A DNA stretch of 44,987 nucleotides from a bacterium (GTDB taxonomy: Bacteria; SZUA-182; DTGQ01; JAFGSM01). Made by a program: the position numbers and the translations under genes. Below are positions 28,336 through 36,770 of the stretch, one piece after another. The stretch's first letter is position 1, and each line of letters starts with the position of its first letter. The stretch spans positions 1 to 44,987 of the forward strand of contig JBLIRP010000019.1 in NCBI GenBank assembly GCA_049472355.1. Reading direction: 5' to 3'. Under the pieces are notes generated by a model. That model made no database searches. It was not told where the DNA came from and saw nothing but the letters and a program-made list of their open reading frames with translations.

Positions 28336-30033
28336 ATGATACTTGGGGTCGATTTTGGGACTTCGCATACAGTGGCCGCGTCCTTAGAGGATGGCACCTA
28401 TACGGTATGCAGGTTTACCTGCAACGGGGAATCCAAGGAGTATATCCCTTCATTAATAGCCGTAAAGGATGGTTCCATCAAGTTTGGATGGGATGCCGTT
28501 TCGTGTGAAAATGATCCCAACGTTTACCTTATGCGTTCTCTGAAACGTATGTGCGGACATTGTCCGCCTGATCTTGATGTGGAGCTTGCTCCTGATGTTC
28601 ACGTGACTATACTCGAACTGACTGCCCTCTTTTTGGGGCATGTCAAGGAGATGCTCAAGAACAATAGCAGCCTTTCTATCGATAAGGATAAGCCGATCGA
28701 GGTGATGATTGCGACACCCGCCAATGCGAATACAAACCAGCGTTATATCACTATGGAGGCGTTCAAGAAGGCAGGCTTTACTGTCAAAGGCATGCTGAAT
28801 GAGCCCACTGCAACCGCCATAGAGTTCTCTCACCGTTACCTAAAGAAGCCTGGGAATCAAGGCCCTGTGAAGAATGTCGTCGTGTATGACCTGGGCGGGG
28901 GTACATTCGACGCCTCTGTTATCGGGTTGGATAACAACTACTATGACGTGATAACCCATGAAGGGGTAGCAAAGCTTGGCGGCGATGATATCGATACGGT
29001 CATCCTGGACCTGGTCCTGCAAAGGTTAAACAAACAAAGAAAAGAGTTGAGCCAGAGTGACCACATTCGACTTTTGGAAGAATGCAGGAAAAAAAAGGAA
29101 GGCATAGATGGATTCGGTGGAAAATTGACAATCGATGTCAGTCATGTCTTTCATGAGGAGAGACATGTACAGCTTGACAAAAAGGATATCTATAACCACT
29201 GCGAGCCGATAATCCAGCAGAGTCTGGATACGCTCAACACCGCGATCAAGACATTTGAGATGACGGAAACCGATTCTAAGGAAAGACGCAATCTCGACGC
29301 AATCTATTTAACAGGCGGGGCTGTTGCCTTTCCATTAGTCACCCGAAGGCTGCATGATCAATTTGGTAAAAAGGTCCGGATATCTCCTTATCCGGAGGCT
29401 TCCACTGCCATTGGCCTTGCCATCAGTGCAGGCCCTGCCCTGAGCGGCCGGCTTAGAGAAGCCGTCACCCGGAACCTTGGTGTATGGAGAGAATATGGCA
29501 CCAATAAGATCTTTGATACCATCATTGATAAGAGAAGTCGGCTGGAAACGCAATCCGGTACGCTTCGAATAAAGCGAACGTATAACCCGATACACAATCT
29601 TGGCCATCTTCGCTTTATAGAATGCAGCTCCCTTGGGCAGTCCGGTGAGCCGAGCGGAGATATTACGGACATAAAAGAAATCTTCTTTCCATACGATCCA
29701 CAATTGAAGGATGAGGAAAGGCTTTACCAGGTTCCTGTGATGAGTCGTCCGGATTTATCGACACAGGAAGTAACTGAAACATATTCCTATGACTCCCGGG
29801 GGATAATAACACTCGAGATTGAAAACCTGTCTGCGCAATATAAAAAGACGTACATACTCTCCCAAAGGTATCTGCCTGTTGAGGCCGACGAGGACGTTCT
29901 TCCCCAAAGGCATCTGCCGGCTGGGGCCAGCAAGGGCGTTCCTTCCCAAAGACATCTGCCGGGTGAGGCCAACCGGGATGTTCATCCCCAAAGGTATCTG
30001 CCGACTGAGGCCAACCGGGACGTTCATAAATAA
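28336..30033 (+). CDS. Hsp70-family protein 3 with divergent substrate domain and repeat tail
   Basis: GVDFGTSHT, NEPTATA, YDLGGGTFDAS, LGGDDID, LTGGA; atypical C-terminal domain (GVWRE, HNLGHLRFIEC, FPYDP). Confidence 0.9.
   Translation: MILGVDFGTSHTVAASLEDGTYTVCRFTCNGESKEYIPSLIAVKDGSIKFGWDAVSCENDPNVYLMRSLKRMCGHCPPDLDVELAPDVHVTILELTALFLGHVKEMLKNNSSLSIDKDKPIEVMIATPANANTNQRYITMEAFKKAGFTVKGMLNEPTATAIEFSHRYLKKPGNQGPVKNVVVYDLGGGTFDASVIGLDNNYYDVITHEGVAKLGGDDIDTVILDLVLQRLNKQRKELSQSDHIRLLEECRKKKEGIDGFGGKLTIDVSHVFHEERHVQLDKKDIYNHCEPIIQQSLDTLNTAIKTFEMTETDSKERRNLDAIYLTGGAVAFPLVTRRLHDQFGKKVRISPYPEASTAIGLAISAGPALSGRLREAVTRNLGVWREYGTNKIFDTIIDKRSRLETQSGTLRIKRTYNPIHNLGHLRFIECSSLGQSGEPSGDITDIKEIFFPYDPQLKDEERLYQVPVMSRPDLSTQEVTETYSYDSRGIITLEIENLSAQYKKTYILSQRYLPVEADEDVLPQRHLPAGASKGVPSQRHLPGEANRDVHPQRYLPTEANRDVHK
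29860..30027 (+). repeat. Four in-frame 42-bp tandem repeats (14 aa)
   Basis: SQRYLPVEADEDVL / PQRHLPAGASKGVP / SQRHLPGEANRDVH / PQRYLPTEANRDVH. Confidence 0.95.
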
Positions 30034-30092
30034 ATCAGTCACTCAGCCAGGCAGGTGCTCATTGTAATCCAAGCGTTCAATCGGCATTCAAT

Positions 30093-30126
30093 AAAAAAGC
30101 AGGGCCTTCTTGGGGCCCCGCCTTTT
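30093..30126. terminator. Probable bidirectional terminator between convergent genes
   Basis: AAAAAAGCAGGGCC-loop-GGCCCCGCCTTTT. Confidence 0.55.
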
Positions 30127-30161
30127 ATGATACAACGCCATGGTTTAAGACAGCATCGGGC

Positions 30162-30890
30162 TTATCCCTTCGACCTTCTCCTTACTCCTACCAGCCCTAT
30201 CAACCCAAACCCTAAGAGGAACACGGTGGATGGCTCAGGCACGGGTGTGGAAGGGCGATCGGGAGGGGGTTCATCGATGTAAAAATTGTCCATTCCGAAG
30301 CAGTATGCGTTTTCTGAACTCAGGGTGAATGAGGTAATGCTGTCGAAATTATCATCGAGCCACAACCTTTGAACACCATCACCTGGCTCACCATAAAAAT
30401 CGTAGTCAAAACCCCAATCGCTCGAGGGCAAACGCATGCTGTAACCACGATTGTTTGTGATGTATGATTCTTCTTCCCCGCTTGATTGGCCACCGCCGAC
30501 GATAGTGTTCGATGTCATGTCAACGTAATTCAAATCGAAGAATGAGCCATCTATTTTGGTGAAAACTATAGCATAATTTTTAAAGGGATGGGCATGGATC
30601 ACACTATTATTATAGATAGTGTCTTCCTCATTATAGTTAGGGCCATCCTCGCGGATTGAATAATAGTCTCCTATAATTGAGTCACCGCCACTGCCCACAA
30701 AGTCTATACGCATTCCTTCTTCCTCATAGTAATCCACGTCCCACCAAAGCCCTTCGTCTGTTGTTGTGACACTGTTGCCATTTAACAGGTATGCCGTCCC
30801 ACCGGAAAAATCAATTATCAAGCCTGTAACCGGCCCCGCAATGCCAACAAAAAACAAGAAAGCACATAAAAAAACCAACAACCTTTTCAT
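30162..30890 (-). CDS. PEP-CTERM sorting-domain protein
   Basis: Signal peptide MKRLLVFLCAFLFF; acidic body; TPVPEPSTVFLLGFGLIGLVGVRRR. Alternative start at 30905. Confidence 0.92.
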   Translation of the reverse strand: MKRLLVFLCAFLFFVGIAGPVTGLIIDFSGGTAYLLNGNSVTTTDEGLWWDVDYYEEEGMRIDFVGSGGDSIIGDYYSIREDGPNYNEEDTIYNNSVIHAHPFKNYAIVFTKIDGSFFDLNYVDMTSNTIVGGGQSSGEEESYITNNRGYSMRLPSSDWGFDYDFYGEPGDGVQRLWLDDNFDSITSFTLSSENAYCFGMDNFYIDEPPPDRPSTPVPEPSTVFLLGFGLIGLVGVRRRSKG

Positions 30891-30935
30891 CCCAACACCC
30901 CCCATTTCTTTGATGTTGTTTTACCCAAACAACGA

Positions 30936-31068
30936 TGATGGCCTCGTAAAAAGCCGCCAACCTTGTCACTTCGTCGAAGGCCTTAGTCCATACGTTTTAA
31001 AAGAACCGGATTCCGTGTCACGCACGGAATGACAGATAGGGTACAATCGACTTTTTACGATTCCATCA
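30936..31068 (-). repeat. MITE-like repeat family B, copy 3 (inverted)
   Basis: TGATGGCCTCGTAAAAAG ... CTTTTTACGATTCCATCA; reverse complement is similar to 19934-20066. Confidence 0.85.
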
Positions 31069-31179
31069 ATTATTCTACTTAACCAATCAGTAAGTCAATT
31101 CGTGAGCTGCGTCTATAGTTTCCCCCGGATTTTGGACGGCATGCTGAGCTTTCCGGAAGAGAGGAATTGTGGTGTCAAA

Positions 31180-31207
31180 ATTATATCACACCTCAAGGGG
31201 AATTCAA
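31180..31207 (-). promoter_or_regulatory. sigma70-type promoter upstream of the PEP-CTERM gene
   Basis: Minus strand TTGAAT, 16 nt ending TGA, then TATAAT. Confidence 0.55.
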
Positions 31208-31223
31208 CATTGCATTTGGGCAT

Positions 31224-31450
31224 TTGGGGTCAGGTCTTGAATTGACAGTTTTTGAAACAAACCCTCGGGTCAGGGCATTTGGGGTCAGGTCTTGAATTTG
31301 GGAATGGCTTGTGGGAATGGCTTGGGGTCAGGCCTTGAAATGTCAGTTTTTGTTCCCCAGAATAGAATAATATTTTCAGGCTTCGTGATGTCACAAGGTG
31401 CATGAGCTTTTGTTCCAAGAAACTGTCAATTCAAGACCTGCCCCCATTTT
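31224..31450. repeat. REP-like family A, complete small element with both inverted ends
   Basis: Left-end motif GGGGTCAGG.CTTGAA at 31226, 31281 and 31324; one degenerate palindromic unit; right end AAACTGTCAATTCAAGACCTGCCCCC. Confidence 0.9.
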
Positions 31451-31475
31451 ATTTTAATTTGATAATTCACGCAAA

Positions 31476-31497
31476 ATGTGTTACACATATTTATGTG
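31476..31497. promoter_or_regulatory. Putative antitoxin operator
   Basis: Overlapping palindromes ATGTGT-T-ACACAT and CACATA-TT-TATGTG just upstream of the antitoxin. Confidence 0.5.
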
Positions 31498-31522
31498 AAG
31501 CACTTAAAATTGGGAGGGTATC

Positions 31523-31768
31523 ATGGACAGGCAAAATGTCACGTTATCATTGCCCAAATTGTTGTTGAAAAAGGCAAAAATTTTAGCAGCAAGCGAGGAT
31601 AAGTCCCTGAGTGAATTTCTCAGAGAGACCTTAGAGGAAAAGATTAAGGAAGCAAATGGGTATAAAAAGGCAAGAAGCAGACAGGTGAAGATGATTAAAA
31701 CGGGCTTTGATCTTGGGACGAAGGGTACGATAACCATTTCAAGAGAGGAACTGCATGCCAGGAGATAA
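31523..31768 (+). CDS. Ribbon-helix-helix antitoxin
   Basis: QNVTLSLPKLLLKKAKILAA...SLSEFLRE...SREELHAR; overlaps the PIN gene. Confidence 0.85.
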   Translation: MDRQNVTLSLPKLLLKKAKILAASEDKSLSEFLRETLEEKIKEANGYKKARSRQVKMIKTGFDLGTKGTITISREELHARR

Positions 31769-32186
31769 GATATTTGTGGATACAAATATCATCATCTATG
31801 CATATGATACCTCTGCCGGGAAAAAGCATGAGATAGCCGGAAGGATCATGCTCGATCTATGGGATTCTGGATTGGGGGTCATAAGCACACAGGTGCTGCA
31901 GGAATTTTTTGTTAGCGTTACAAGCAAGATACCAATCCCCCTTGATATAAAAAAGGCAAAAGAAATCATTAGGGATTTCTTAAAATGGGAAGTAATTATC
32001 AATGATGGTGCGCGTATCTTAAGTGCAATAGAAATCCAGGCAATGTACAAATACTCGTTTTGGGATTCAATGATCCTTGAATCTGCAATAAGCTCAGGAA
32101 GTTCTCTATTGTTGTCAGAAGATTTTTCTGATGGGCAACTCGTTCACAACGTTACGATCAAAAACCCATTCAAGGCCTCACGATAG
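31755..32186 (+). CDS. vapC: PIN-domain toxin (VapC family)
   Basis: FVDTNIIIYAYD, STQVLQEF, SFWDSMI, LLSEDF. Confidence 0.92.
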   Translation: MPGDKIFVDTNIIIYAYDTSAGKKHEIAGRIMLDLWDSGLGVISTQVLQEFFVSVTSKIPIPLDIKKAKEIIRDFLKWEVIINDGARILSAIEIQAMYKYSFWDSMILESAISSGSSLLLSEDFSDGQLVHNVTIKNPFKASR

Positions 32187-32363
32187 AGTCTGCCCCCATT
32201 TTGTTCGGGTAGACAGGAACAGAATCTTGCCATAAAGGCCATCGCAGGGGCCTTATCACAAATTATTTTCGACAAAAATTATGAGGACGCAAAGGTACCT
32301 GCAAAGGAATAAGACGTAGGGATTTGGTTATACGTAGAATTGTGCTATACTGCGTATAACATT

Positions 32364-33413
32364 ATGGGAAAATTGCCCCTTACAACACAGACACTCTATG
32401 CTGAGCTGGTGGAGCAGCTTGTGGCTCTTGAGGCCCGGCGCTCCATAGGCTCTTTGCCGGGCTGCTTTACCTTCAAAACCGTCAAGGGCGAAAGCTATGT
32501 CTATTTTCAGTATAGCGATATGCACGGATCCCCTAAACAGGTTTACATCGGGAGAAAAACACCCGCACTCGATAAGGTGATCGATAGGTTCCAGGAGGAG
32601 CGAGAAAGAAATAGGGAAGATATCGAAAATATTCAACTACTCTGTGCACAGCTCAGGGCCGGCGGGATATTATTGACGGATACCTCATCCGCTCGGGTGC
32701 TCAAAGTGCTTGCCGACAGCGGGGTTTTCCGTCTGAGCGGGGTTCTTATCGGAACGTACGCGTTTACCGTGCTGGGTAATGTACTCGGTGTCCGATGGAA
32801 AGGTGCGGCGATCAAAACGCACGATATCGATATTGCCGGAGGAAAGCGTATGGAGATCGCCCTGCCCGAGATCCATGCTGATATTCCGCAATCCCTCGAG
32901 AGTCTTAATATGGGTTTTTTGCCTGTACCGCCCCTTGATCCACGCCATCCTTCCACCTCCTTCAAGGTCAGGGGGAATCCCCTCAGGGTGGATATCCTCA
33001 CCCCTTCCAGAACCCATATGACTCATAAGCCTGTCACGATCTCCCGATTCAGGACAGCAGCGCAGCCATTGAGATTTCTTGATTTCCTCATCGAAAGACC
33101 GGTACAAGCGGCGATCGTCGATGGGGGTGGCGTCCTGGTGAATATCCCGTCTCCATCTCGGTTTGCCCTCCACAAACTGCTGGTAGCAAAGGAACGTGAC
33201 GTTTCGATGCATCACAAGACGGAAAAGGACATCATCCAGGCCGTTCAGGTCCTCGACGTCCTGATGGACGAAAGGCCGGGGGACTTACCTCTGGCATGCC
33301 AAGGGCTAAAGAAACGGGGAACCGTCTGGATAAACAAATTACGAGCAGGATTATCGGAGTTAAAAGGGCGGAATCCGGATGTATACGATCATTTGGAAAG
33401 GCTATTGGAATAG
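32364..33413 (+). CDS. GSU2403-family nucleotidyltransferase-fold protein
   Basis: TLYAEL...KTVKGESYVYFQ...YIG; GVLIGTYAF...T.DIDIA; VDILTP; FALHKLLVA...KDI.QA. Alternative start at 32340. Confidence 0.85.
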   Translation: MGKLPLTTQTLYAELVEQLVALEARRSIGSLPGCFTFKTVKGESYVYFQYSDMHGSPKQVYIGRKTPALDKVIDRFQEERERNREDIENIQLLCAQLRAGGILLTDTSSARVLKVLADSGVFRLSGVLIGTYAFTVLGNVLGVRWKGAAIKTHDIDIAGGKRMEIALPEIHADIPQSLESLNMGFLPVPPLDPRHPSTSFKVRGNPLRVDILTPSRTHMTHKPVTISRFRTAAQPLRFLDFLIERPVQAAIVDGGGVLVNIPSPSRFALHKLLVAKERDVSMHHKTEKDIIQAVQVLDVLMDERPGDLPLACQGLKKRGTVWINKLRAGLSELKGRNPDVYDHLERLLE

Positions 33414-33514
33414 CCGGTCCAATCGAGAATCCCAAGACTCCCACTCCTGTGTCTTACGAAATTCGCCTCTACGGAAGAATATAAGGTGGTGTTTATTCTA
33501 CCAGGGAGGACCAG

Positions 33515-33766
33515 TTGTTTAGGGTACAGTATTGTTCAGTTAAGAAAGACCGACGCACAACAATCCCTGACGCAGCGGAGGTACCATGATGAAAAGGGGC
33601 TTTCTTTTTCGCATGTTATATCGGTCTGGAAAACAGCCCTGCCTGCGGGACCCTGGCGGGATTTGCGGGGACGGATTGTGCCCTCATGGCCCTTGACGTG
33701 GAACGGTATATGATGGCGCCCCGGTTTCAACAGATCATGGAGAAGGACGTAACCCCATGCCGTTGA
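33515..33766 (+). pseudogene. Mosaic of collapsed remnants: sodN 5' region, TudS-like fragment, PNPOx fragments
   Basis: 33515-33612 resembles 20219-20319; 33614-33650 matches 21060-21096 (35/37); 33650-33675 matches 17576-17601 (22/26); 33674-33766 resembles 17843-17935. Confidence 0.85.
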
Positions 33767-35952
33767 TCCTTTCGCTTCAATCCCCAAGCGGGAAAATCCG
33801 GAAGGTTGCCGGTTCCAAGGCCGCGGCAATCGCCGAGATGTCCGGACAGGGCATCCGGGTGCCCAAAGGGGTATGCGTGGCGGCCGATGCCTATCAGACA
33901 TTTGTCTCCCAAACGGGGATCCGTGAGCGCATTGTCATGGAACTGGGAAGGAAACCCTTCGAAGAGATGCGGTGGGAAGAGATGTGGGATGCCTCCCTCA
34001 GGATCAGGAACCTGTTTCTCACCGCCCCCTTTCCCCCAGAGCTAAACAGTGCCCTGCGCAAAGCCCTTCAGGGGCATTTTGATCGTGTTCCCGTGGCGGT
34101 CCGGTCCTCATCCCTTTTGGAAGACACCCAGGGGACCTCCTTTGCGGGGTTGCACGAGTCCTTTCTGAATCTCAGGACCATAGATGAGATCATGACGCAT
34201 GTGGTTCTCGTCTGGGCCTCCCTCTGGTCCGATGCAGCGCTCCTGTACCGTCAGGAGCTCGGACTGGATATCCGCAGCAGCGCCATGGCCGTGATCATTC
34301 AGGAGATGATCGAAGGGGAGTCCTCCGGTGTGGCCTTCGGTGTGTCTCCGGAAGACTCGACCCATGCCGTCATCGAGGCGGTATACGGCCTGAACAAGGG
34401 GCTGGTGGACGGGGATGTGGAACCGGACCGATGGATCCTGGACCGGGCCACGGGCCGGATCATTTCCCATATCGCTTCCTCCCGCGATTCCATGGTGGTG
34501 GCGGATACAAGAGGGACCCGGATGGAGAAACGCCCCGGGGATCAGTCCAACCGCCCCCCTCTGGATGAGGGGCAGATCTCCGGGATATTCCGCACGGTGA
34601 AACAGCTCGAGGGGTTGTTTCATGCACCCCAGGATATGGAATGGACGATCCGGGGGAATGAACTCTGGGTCCTGCAGGCACGACCCATTACAACAAGCAC
34701 TCAAAAAGGGGAGGGCGACAACAGATCCTGGTATTTGAGCCTGAGGAGAAGCTTCAACAATCTCAAGGCCCTGGGAGAGCGGATCGAGGGTACGATCCTC
34801 CCGGCCATGGATGAGGAGGCGGACCGGCTCCGGAAGGTCGCCCTGGAACCCCTCTCCGACCAGGACCTTGCCGAGGAGATCAAGCGTCGCAAAAAGGTGT
34901 ATGTGCACTGGAAGGGTGTATACTGGGAGGAGTGCATCCCGTTCGCCCACGGTGCCAGATTGCTGGGTCAGATCTACAATGACCGGGTCCGTCCGGATGA
35001 TCCCTACGAGTTTATGGATATCCTGGTGTCCGAGGCGATGAAGAGCATGGAGCGGAACCGGAGGCTGGAGGAGATGGCATCCCGCGTCCGGGAGCTTTTC
35101 CCGGACGGAGGCGAGGCTTCGGAGATCAGGGATGAGGCGCTTGTACGGGACATCGATTCCTTCGTCCGGGCCTTCAGCGGCCAGGCCTGCGCGCTCGTGG
35201 ATTGTGAGGACGAAAGGAGGGCGATCGCCCGTTTGCTGGTGGAGATGGCCCGTCATGAGAGTTTGAAGGAAACGAAACCCCCCAGGCAAAAGGCCGCTCT
35301 CGTCGAAGGGTTTCTAAACAGCTTTCGTCCGGATGAACGGGCCTACGCATTGGAACTGATCGACCTGGGCCGCAGGAGCTACCGGCTGCGGGACGACGAC
35401 AACATCTATCTGGGCCGGATCGAGTTCCAGTTGGACCGGGCAATGAAGGAGGCCCACAAAAGGCTGGGTGATCGCTGCCGGGATGCGGCGGCGTGCCGGA
35501 GCGAGGAGGAAATCGTCAGGGCACTCAATGACAGGACGTATGTTCCAAAAGGCATACGCCCTCAGGCGGATAAAAAAGGCGAAGTCCCCGTCAAGGCCAG
35601 GCAGTTGAGGGGGCAGCCGGCAGGGCAGGGGATCGCCAGGGGAAGGGCCCGGGTCATCCATGAAACGTCCGAGCTTTTTGCATTCAAATCGGGCGAGATC
35701 CTGGTGTGCGACGCCATCGATCCCAACATGACCTTCATTGTGCCCCTTGCCTCCGCCATCGTGGAAAGAAGGGGCGGGATGTTGATCCACGGGGCCATCA
35801 TTGCCAGGGAATACGGCCTGCCCTGCGTCACCGGCATCCCGGACGCCACGGTCCTTATCCATGCCGGGGACGAGATCACGGTGGACGGCTATCTGGGGCT
35901 GGTGACCATCCATACGGGGACATTCGGCGAACCGGATGACGGAACAAAATAG
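33757..35952 (+). CDS. PEP/pyruvate-binding (ATP-grasp) plus phosphohistidine swivel enzyme; rifampicin phosphotransferase-like architecture, substrate unknown
   Basis: VAVRSS...ED...SFAGLHES, IEAVYGL..GLVDG, PQDMEW...LQARPIT; C-terminal GGMLIHGAIIAREYGLPCV. Confidence 0.9.
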   Translation: MPLILSLQSPSGKIRKVAGSKAAAIAEMSGQGIRVPKGVCVAADAYQTFVSQTGIRERIVMELGRKPFEEMRWEEMWDASLRIRNLFLTAPFPPELNSALRKALQGHFDRVPVAVRSSSLLEDTQGTSFAGLHESFLNLRTIDEIMTHVVLVWASLWSDAALLYRQELGLDIRSSAMAVIIQEMIEGESSGVAFGVSPEDSTHAVIEAVYGLNKGLVDGDVEPDRWILDRATGRIISHIASSRDSMVVADTRGTRMEKRPGDQSNRPPLDEGQISGIFRTVKQLEGLFHAPQDMEWTIRGNELWVLQARPITTSTQKGEGDNRSWYLSLRRSFNNLKALGERIEGTILPAMDEEADRLRKVALEPLSDQDLAEEIKRRKKVYVHWKGVYWEECIPFAHGARLLGQIYNDRVRPDDPYEFMDILVSEAMKSMERNRRLEEMASRVRELFPDGGEASEIRDEALVRDIDSFVRAFSGQACALVDCEDERRAIARLLVEMARHESLKETKPPRQKAALVEGFLNSFRPDERAYALELIDLGRRSYRLRDDDNIYLGRIEFQLDRAMKEAHKRLGDRCRDAAACRSEEEIVRALNDRTYVPKGIRPQADKKGEVPVKARQLRGQPAGQGIARGRARVIHETSELFAFKSGEILVCDAIDPNMTFIVPLASAIVERRGGMLIHGAIIAREYGLPCVTGIPDATVLIHAGDEITVDGYLGLVTIHTGTFGEPDDGTK

Positions 35953-35974
35953 CGTCAGATCGAGAATATCTCCT

Positions 35975-36692
35975 TCAGTCCCTCCGCCTGCCGGGGTGGG
36001 ATCGAAACCGTTCTTGAACCAGGCGGATGACCTCCTTGGTGATTGCATCCGGCGGAAAGGAGACGGCCGGGGATGATATCCCGGGGCCATTCTTCGAAAA
36101 GACCTGGCGGTTACTGGCGTCGAGGTTCCACCTTCCGCCCACGGGTTTTTCTGCATCCATGAGCACATTATGGCGTCTTCGCATCTCCCGGCAGAAGAAC
36201 TCCATGCGCAGTTGTTTGTGCCGGGAGGCATGTTCTTCGAATTCCTCGAGCGAGCACAGGAAGCCCCGATCCGGCCGGATGTCCAACGGCACACCAAGCC
36301 CTTTGCAGGTATCGATGAATGCCCCTTTTCACCCGGAACTCACCCGGTTCCGTGATGATCAGTTTTTGAGGAGATGCATGCCGGAGGCGTTGCGCCAGCT
36401 CGGCAGCGAGGCCCTGGCGGTTTTCCGGGTCGTCGATTCCCCGGTAATACAGGGTGATACCCTCGTTTCGGAGGGATGCGGCGAAGTGCCTCATGGCACT
36501 CAAAAACATAACGATGCGGGCCTTGGACGACCAGACGTGCTCGGCCTCTTCCCACACCTCGGCCATCCAGACCGCATCCTGTGAGGGATCGAACCCGTCG
36601 AAGGCGGAGGCATGCCGGTCCAGTTGATCCCCGAGCACAACGACGAGATGCCGGAGGGGATTGGTTGGATTGTGATGCGTCATCTCTGTCAT
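35975..36692 (-). pseudogene. Cryptochrome/photolyase-related (PhrB-like) gene, frameshifted and 3'-truncated
   Basis: LVVVLGDQL...MAEV.EE..HV...FLSAMRHFA...EPGEFR, then after an extra G near 36322-36325 LRMEFF.REMRRR...PVGGRWNLD..NR; stops at about 240 aa. Confidence 0.85.
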
Positions 36693-36770
36693 GACATCAC
36701 AGTACAAACGCGATGGATTTGAGTAACGGAATGGTTAACGGCATAGAGGGTAACCGGAATCAGCGAAGAC

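Noticed and set aside
29860..30027. 42-bp periodic repeat as CRISPR
   Set aside because: Contiguous in-frame coding repeats without spacers.
31090..31165. Possible degenerate c-di-GMP-I (GEMM) riboswitch-like sequence in the PEP-CTERM leader
   Set aside because: Only vague resemblance; the GGCAAAC...GAAA...GACGCAAAG core is missing. An Infernal search would be needed.
33757..35952. Calling the gene ppsA or rph
   Set aside because: Domain order excludes classical PpsA, and rifampicin specificity cannot be inferred from sequence by eye.
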